Positions 59,224-64,000 of a stretch of DNA of 64,000 nucleotides are shown here, piece by piece. Below the pieces are notes generated by a model. It worked only from the letters and a program-made list of their open reading frames with translations, was not told the DNA's origin and did not search any database. The position numbers and the translations under genes were made by a program. The DNA comes from Armatimonadota bacterium (GTDB lineage: Bacteria > Armatimonadota > Chthonomonadetes > Chthonomonadales > CAJBBX01), in assembly GCA_026392115.1 (NCBI GenBank), contig JAPLCQ010000064.1, forward strand, positions 64,698-128,697, in the 5' to 3' direction. Position 1 is the first letter of the stretch. Every line of letters starts with the position of its first letter.

Positions 59224-62079
59224 ATGACCATTGCCACCGCGCGGTCGCTACTGGCGGCCGCTACCATTGCCTTGATGGCGGCGCCCTGCTGGGCCGTCGG
59301 CATCGACCCGGATCGCGGACCCGATGCGCTGCTTCCGGTGAACGGTCCGTATCGGACCACCATCGCAGAAGCAGTCCGGGCCGACGCCCAGCGGGAGGCC
59401 GACATCCTGGCCGGTCGCCGCGCCCCGGATTCGCCGCTGGTCGATGCCCGCGTTCGGGAGGTCGGCCGTCGCTGGAATGTCAAGCCCAGGGTGCGCGGCT
59501 CCATGTCCGTGGTGGGCGCGCCCTGGCACGGGCTCTACGCCAAGCGCAATTTCCTGGTTGAGGACGCCATCTACTTCGCCCCGCCGGCCTTCACGGGCAG
59601 GCAGCCTCTGCCCAACGCGCCGCAGACGATCAACGCCAGCTTCATCGGCGTGGGCCTCAGCGACGAGAGCACCGGCTACATCCCGCCGGACACCAACGGC
59701 GCGGTGGGGCCCAACCACTTCATGATTGCGATCAACGGCGCCGTGGCGTTCTACAGCCGGGCAGGCGCCAAGCTGGCGCAGGTCTCGCTGGAGAGCCTCT
59801 TTGGCAATACCACCACCGGCGGGGCCTTTGACCCGCGGATTATCTACGACCGCCTCAGCGGTCGCTGGATGCTGACCGTGCTGGAGTTTAACTCAAGCAG
59901 CGCCAACAACGTCTTCCTGGCCGTCAGCAACACGTCGGACCCGACGGGCGGCTGGACCTACTGGGAGTTGGGGGTGGGCGCGGCGAGCAACTTCACAGAC
60001 TTCGACACGCTCGGTGTCGATGATAACGGCGTCTACATCGCCGTGACGAAGTTCGATGCGTCGAACAACGCGACCGGCACCATCCTGGCGCTCCCCAAGG
60101 CGCAGGTCCTGGCCGCGTCGGGCGTTTCCGTCTACCCGTTCGCCGGGCTCACCGATATGTGGGGCACCGCACAGCCGCTTCCGAGCCTCACGGCCGTAGG
60201 CGCCTCCGGCGCGGCCTGGTTCGCCGGCACCTCGACGACCGTCTACGCAAATGCGGTGTTTCGCAAGATCACCTGGTCCGCCGGCGTGCCGACCCTGAGC
60301 GCGTCCGTGACCGTGGCGACCCCCAGCTACGGGGCCGCTCCGAACGCCAAGGCCAACGGCAGCACCACGGATATCTCCACCAACGATGACCGCATCCAGA
60401 TGGGCGTCCGCCGCGGCAATCGCCTCTGGATCACCCGCAACGTCGGCACCAACGCCGCCGGCGCCGCGGGTTCCACGCGATGCAGCGTGGAGTGGCTCGA
60501 GATGGATGTGTCCGGCGCCACCCCGACGGTGTTCCAGTCCGGTCGTGTCTATGATGCGGCGGCGTCGGATCCGCGGATGTACTACTATCCGGCCATCGCC
60601 GTGAACGGCCAGGGCCATGTCGCCCTGGGCTTCTCCGGTTCGAAGTCCACCGAGTACGTGGCGGCCTACACCTGCGGACGCTTGGCAACCGACGCCGCCG
60701 GCGCCATGCAGGCCATCGCCACCGTGAAGGCTGGGGCGGGCTCGTACAACCAGCTGGCCAACGGCATCAACCGGTGGGGCGACTACAGCTACACCAGCGT
60801 CGACCCGAACAACGACATGGGCATCTGGACCGTCCAGGAGTACGCCCGCGGCACCAACAACTGGGGCACGTGGGTGGCCGAACTCCGATCGCCGGCGCCC
60901 ACGGCGGCCAATCCGAGCGCGACGGCGACGCAGGGCCAGTCCGGCGCCTCCTTCACGCTTACCGGCACGGGCTTCTTCGATCCAGGCGCGGGCTTCACAG
61001 GCAGGCTCGGCGTTGCGATCACCGGCGGCTCGCCCAACGGCGTCTCGGGCATCGTCGCGACCGTCAACAGCCCGACCAGCGTCACCGTAACCTACAACGT
61101 GGCTGCCGACGCCCAGGCCGCCACGCGCAACATCGTCGTAACGAACCCGGACGGCCAGTCCGCTACGGTCACGGGCGGCCTGACGATCAGCGCCACCAAA
61201 GCCGCCTCGAAGCTCATCGTGGTCGACCGCACCGGAAACTACACCGATACCGTCGTTCTAAAGGCGAACCTCTACCGCTCCAGCGACAACGCCATGCTGG
61301 GGAGCCGTTCGGTCTCGTTCGCCATCGCAGGAACCGCCGTCGGCTCGGCAACGACCGACGCCACGGGGCTCGCAGCACTGAACTGGGCCATCACATCCGG
61401 GGCGGCGTCACGGACCATCGGAGCCGACTTCGCGGGCGACGCCGGCTTCCTGTCCTGCACCGGCAGCGCGACGCTCACCTCCACGGTGCAGCCGACCAAG
61501 GTCTACGTGGTCGACCGTTTGAACGTGAAGATCAAGACCTACACCGTGCTCAAGGCCGACCTCTACACCACCGCCAACGTCATCCTGCCCGGCCGCACGC
61601 TGACCATGTCGGTGGACGGCACGTCGTTGGGCTCGCAGGTCACCAACGGCAGCGGCTACATCTCCTACGGGTACACCGTGCCCGAGGGCGTCGGCGCCGG
61701 CAATCGCGTGATCGGCTCCAGCTGGGCGGGCAACGCGGGCTACCCGGCCTCCAGCAACACGGGCAAGCTGGGCGTGGTGCAGGGCAACCTCTATATCTGG
61801 CCCTACATCCGCTCGGGCAAGCGCGGCACGATCCACCCGCTCAAGGGCTACGTCCGCAGCCTGCCGGACTACGTGATCCAGCCCGGCAAGAGCATCACCT
61901 TCAAGGTGAACGGTTCCGTCATCGGCTCCGCCAACGTGGCGACCGACGGCTGGGCCACGGTCAACTGGACCATCCCGGCCGGCGAGCCCACCGGCGCCCA
62001 CACCGGCGCCGCCGAGTTCGCGGGGGACGCCTGGTACGCGGCGGTCACGGCCAGCACCACGTTCAACGTCGTGCTGTAG
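59224..62079 (+). CDS. Large secreted protein, tandem paralog 2
   Basis: 951 aa with the same architecture as paralog 1. The last ~1.48 kb aligns to paralog 1 at a constant offset of 4,380 bp without indels, including exact runs (for example 56263-56351 equals 60643-60731). Confidence 0.85.
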   Translation: MTIATARSLLAAATIALMAAPCWAVGIDPDRGPDALLPVNGPYRTTIAEAVRADAQREADILAGRRAPDSPLVDARVREVGRRWNVKPRVRGSMSVVGAPWHGLYAKRNFLVEDAIYFAPPAFTGRQPLPNAPQTINASFIGVGLSDESTGYIPPDTNGAVGPNHFMIAINGAVAFYSRAGAKLAQVSLESLFGNTTTGGAFDPRIIYDRLSGRWMLTVLEFNSSSANNVFLAVSNTSDPTGGWTYWELGVGAASNFTDFDTLGVDDNGVYIAVTKFDASNNATGTILALPKAQVLAASGVSVYPFAGLTDMWGTAQPLPSLTAVGASGAAWFAGTSTTVYANAVFRKITWSAGVPTLSASVTVATPSYGAAPNAKANGSTTDISTNDDRIQMGVRRGNRLWITRNVGTNAAGAAGSTRCSVEWLEMDVSGATPTVFQSGRVYDAAASDPRMYYYPAIAVNGQGHVALGFSGSKSTEYVAAYTCGRLATDAAGAMQAIATVKAGAGSYNQLANGINRWGDYSYTSVDPNNDMGIWTVQEYARGTNNWGTWVAELRSPAPTAANPSATATQGQSGASFTLTGTGFFDPGAGFTGRLGVAITGGSPNGVSGIVATVNSPTSVTVTYNVAADAQAATRNIVVTNPDGQSATVTGGLTISATKAASKLIVVDRTGNYTDTVVLKANLYRSSDNAMLGSRSVSFAIAGTAVGSATTDATGLAALNWAITSGAASRTIGADFAGDAGFLSCTGSATLTSTVQPTKVYVVDRLNVKIKTYTVLKADLYTTANVILPGRTLTMSVDGTSLGSQVTNGSGYISYGYTVPEGVGAGNRVIGSSWAGNAGYPASSNTGKLGVVQGNLYIWPYIRSGKRGTIHPLKGYVRSLPDYVIQPGKSITFKVNGSVIGSANVATDGWATVNWTIPAGEPTGAHTGAAEFAGDAWYAAVTASTTFNVVL

Positions 62080-62110
62080 CCCGTCCGCCGTACCCGATCA
62101 GACGCACGAC

Positions 62111-62139
62111 GGCCCCGGAGCAACGCGAGCTCCGGGGCC
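62111..62139 (+). terminator. Third copy of the hairpin, downstream of paralog 2
   Basis: GGCCCCGGAGC-AACGCGA-GCTCCGGGGCC. The 30 nt preceding it also match the paralog-1 flank (GTACCCGATCAGACGCACGAC). Confidence 0.5.
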
Positions 62140-62290
62140 GTCGTGCGTGGGCGCGTTGTATGACAATGCAGCCGATTGGAACTTTCGACCTCCGCCTCTC
62201 GTGGAGTCTCCATATGTGATCAGGCATCTGGGCCGTCCCACACCTGCTGGACTCTGGGCTTGAGGTGGGCGCGGCCAAAGGAGATCAACG

Positions 62291-64000
62291 ATGCGATGGG
62301 GTAGGCCACTGGTCAGCGGCATGGTGACCATGGCTCTGGGCGCCGTGTTGGCGCCGGCAGGTGCGGAACCGTTCGATTTGGACCGCCAGCCCGATGGAAT
62401 GGGCGTCGCGGTCCCGGTGCGGACCAGTTGGGCTGAGGCTGTGCGGCGCGACGCCCAGCATGCGGCCGATGTGGCGGCCGGTCGAGTCCCCGCCAGGACG
62501 GGCTTGACCGAGGTGCCGTGGCGTGAGCCGGATGTCGAGCGTCAGGCGGGCGTCGCCGACGCCATCTACTTCGTTCCGCCGATCTTCGAGGGGCGGAGGT
62601 CCCGCCCGGAGCAGGAGGCGCCCCAGACGTTGGGCGTCAACTTCATCGGCGTCGATATGCCCGGGGCCCGCTACTGGCGTCCGCCGGACAGCAACGGCGC
62701 CATCGGCCCCAACCACTTCGTCGCGGCGGTCAACAATGCCGTCTGCATCTACAACAGGTCCGGCACCCTCATATCCAACGTCTCGCTGGACAGCCTGCTC
62801 GGCGGCAGCCCGGTTAACGGCGCCTTTGACCCGCGCATCGTCTATGATCGACGTAGCGGGCGCTGGTTCATCACGGTGCTTGAGTTCGCATCCAAGACGA
62901 ACAACCGCGGTTTCATCGCCGTCTCCAACAGCTCCGATCCCACGGGTGGCTGGTACTGGTACGCCCTTGGCATCGGCATGGCCGACACCTTCAACGACTA
63001 TGAGACGCTGGGCACGGACGACAACGGGGTCTACATGGGGTTCACGCGCTTCGGCGGAACCAACCCCGGCGCGGCCCTGCTGGCCGTGGCGAAGGACCCT
63101 GTGGTGGCGGGCGCCGGCATCACCTACTACTACTGGAGTTCGCTGACCGACCTCTACAGCACTCCCCAGCCCGCGCTGAACGTCTCCGCCGCGGGCGCCG
63201 GCGCCAAGGCCTGGATCGCGGCCTCATCGACCGCGGCCAACAGCGACGTCCGACTGAAGCCGATCACCTGGAGCGGAACGACGCCCACCCTCGGGAGCAC
63301 CGTGACCGTCTCCACCTACGGCTACGGCTCGCCCGTGGCGGCGAATGCCAAGGGCAGCAGCACGGACGTTTCGGTCGGCGACGACCGCATCCAGATGTCG
63401 TTCCTCCGCGATGGGCAGCTCTGGGTCTGTCGGAATGTGGGAGTGGACGCCACGGGCGCCGCCGGCACCGACCGGACCGGAAGCGAGTGGATTCAGATCA
63501 ACACCATCCCGGCCACGCCCGTCAGGGTCCAGTCCGGGCGCGTCTACGATCCCACAAGCCCGGACCCGCGGATGTACTACTATCCCTCGCTTGCGGTCTC
63601 GGGCCAGGGGCACGTGGCCATGGGGTTCTCGGGCTCCAACGGCGCCGAGTATGTGTCGGCCTACACCGCCGGCCGCCTGACGTCCGATGCCGCGGGAACG
63701 ATGCGGTCCATCATCACCATCAAGGACGGCACGCATCCGTACACGCTGTTGGTCGAGGGCGTGAATCGCTGGGGCGACTACAGCTACACGAGCGTCGACC
63801 CCAACGATGACCAGACGATCTGGACCATCCAGGAGTACGCTTCGGCCACCGATGTCTGGTGTACCTGGATCGCGCAGCTTCTCGCGCCGGCGCCCAAGGC
63901 CAGCGATCCCGCGGCCTCGGCGCTGCAGTTCACGTCCGGCGCTTCGTTCACGCTCACCGGCACGGGCTTCTTCGATCCCGGCGCCGGGTTCCCCAACCAT
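62291..64000 (+). CDS. Large secreted protein, tandem paralog 3 (3' end beyond the window)
   Basis: Not in the ORF track because it has no stop in the window. The ATG at 62291 has AAGGAG 7 nt upstream, and 570 codons stay open to the window end. The translation starts MRWGRPLVSGMVTMALGAVLAPAGAEP and carries the family blocks PPDSNGAIGPNH, FDPRIVYDRRSGRW, AVSNSSDPTGGW, NRWGDYSYTSVDP and ASFTLTGTGFFDPG. Confidence 0.8.
   Translation, partial: MRWGRPLVSGMVTMALGAVLAPAGAEPFDLDRQPDGMGVAVPVRTSWAEAVRRDAQHAADVAAGRVPARTGLTEVPWREPDVERQAGVADAIYFVPPIFEGRRSRPEQEAPQTLGVNFIGVDMPGARYWRPPDSNGAIGPNHFVAAVNNAVCIYNRSGTLISNVSLDSLLGGSPVNGAFDPRIVYDRRSGRWFITVLEFASKTNNRGFIAVSNSSDPTGGWYWYALGIGMADTFNDYETLGTDDNGVYMGFTRFGGTNPGAALLAVAKDPVVAGAGITYYYWSSLTDLYSTPQPALNVSAAGAGAKAWIAASSTAANSDVRLKPITWSGTTPTLGSTVTVSTYGYGSPVAANAKGSSTDVSVGDDRIQMSFLRDGQLWVCRNVGVDATGAAGTDRTGSEWIQINTIPATPVRVQSGRVYDPTSPDPRMYYYPSLAVSGQGHVAMGFSGSNGAEYVSAYTAGRLTSDAAGTMRSIITIKDGTHPYTLLVEGVNRWGDYSYTSVDPNDDQTIWTIQEYASATDVWCTWIAQLLAPAPKASDPAASALQFTSGASFTLTGTGFFDPGAGFPNH

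Overview
This is a 64-kb, very GC-rich bacterial chromosomal window (roughly two-thirds G+C by eye). Genes are led by Shine-Dalgarno sites (GGAGG-type) and the six-frame track contains many long shadow ORFs. I call about 45 protein-coding genes or pseudogenes and find no rRNA, tRNA or CRISPR array. Two real genes are missing from the supplied ORF track because they run off the window edges: 1-1595 on the minus strand and 62291-64000 on the plus strand.

Backbone:
- Secreted glycan-processing and uptake genes: a CE7 acetyl-xylan esterase, a CE15 glucuronoyl esterase, two DUF4838 proteins, two right-handed beta-helix proteins, an ADP-ribosylglycohydrolase, L-rhamnose mutarotase, a CUT2-type sugar ABC importer and three tandem URO-D-family paralogs.
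- A large glycoside-hydrolase-like gene with a similar N-domain is broken by a stop codon.
- Housekeeping genes: an argD-like aminotransferase and a siroheme-type sulfite/nitrite reductase.

Most notable content:
1. A single-gene NLR-like STAND NTPase at 33749-36700 (uncharacterised helical N-domain, NACHT, FGE-sulfatase-type C-domain). It sits between sugar genes and is bordered by a palindromic repeat element. This is my best candidate for an undescribed conflict or defence system.
2. Three tandem paralogs of a large secreted propeller-plus-Ig-repeat protein at 54871 to beyond 64000. Copies 1 and 2 have diverged 5' halves and nearly identical 3' halves, and an Rpn-family recombination-promoting nuclease gene lies between them.
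3. A decaheme cytochrome plus outer-membrane barrel pair at the left edge, resembling MtrAB/PioAB.
4. Two giant paralogous PD40-propeller proteins with C-terminal CXXCH motifs.
5. An ABC ATPase fused in frame to its permease through a linker built from two GC-rich hairpin repeats.
6. A 1,222-codon reading frame broken by a single in-frame TAG.
7. A DUF559 endonuclease gene bracketed by direct repeats of one arm of a ~150-bp palindromic element. An empty copy of that element lies next to the NACHT gene.
8. A family of 7-bp and 9-bp short-period tandem repeats confined to intergenic spacers.

All functional calls come from reading the translations by eye. No database search was run.
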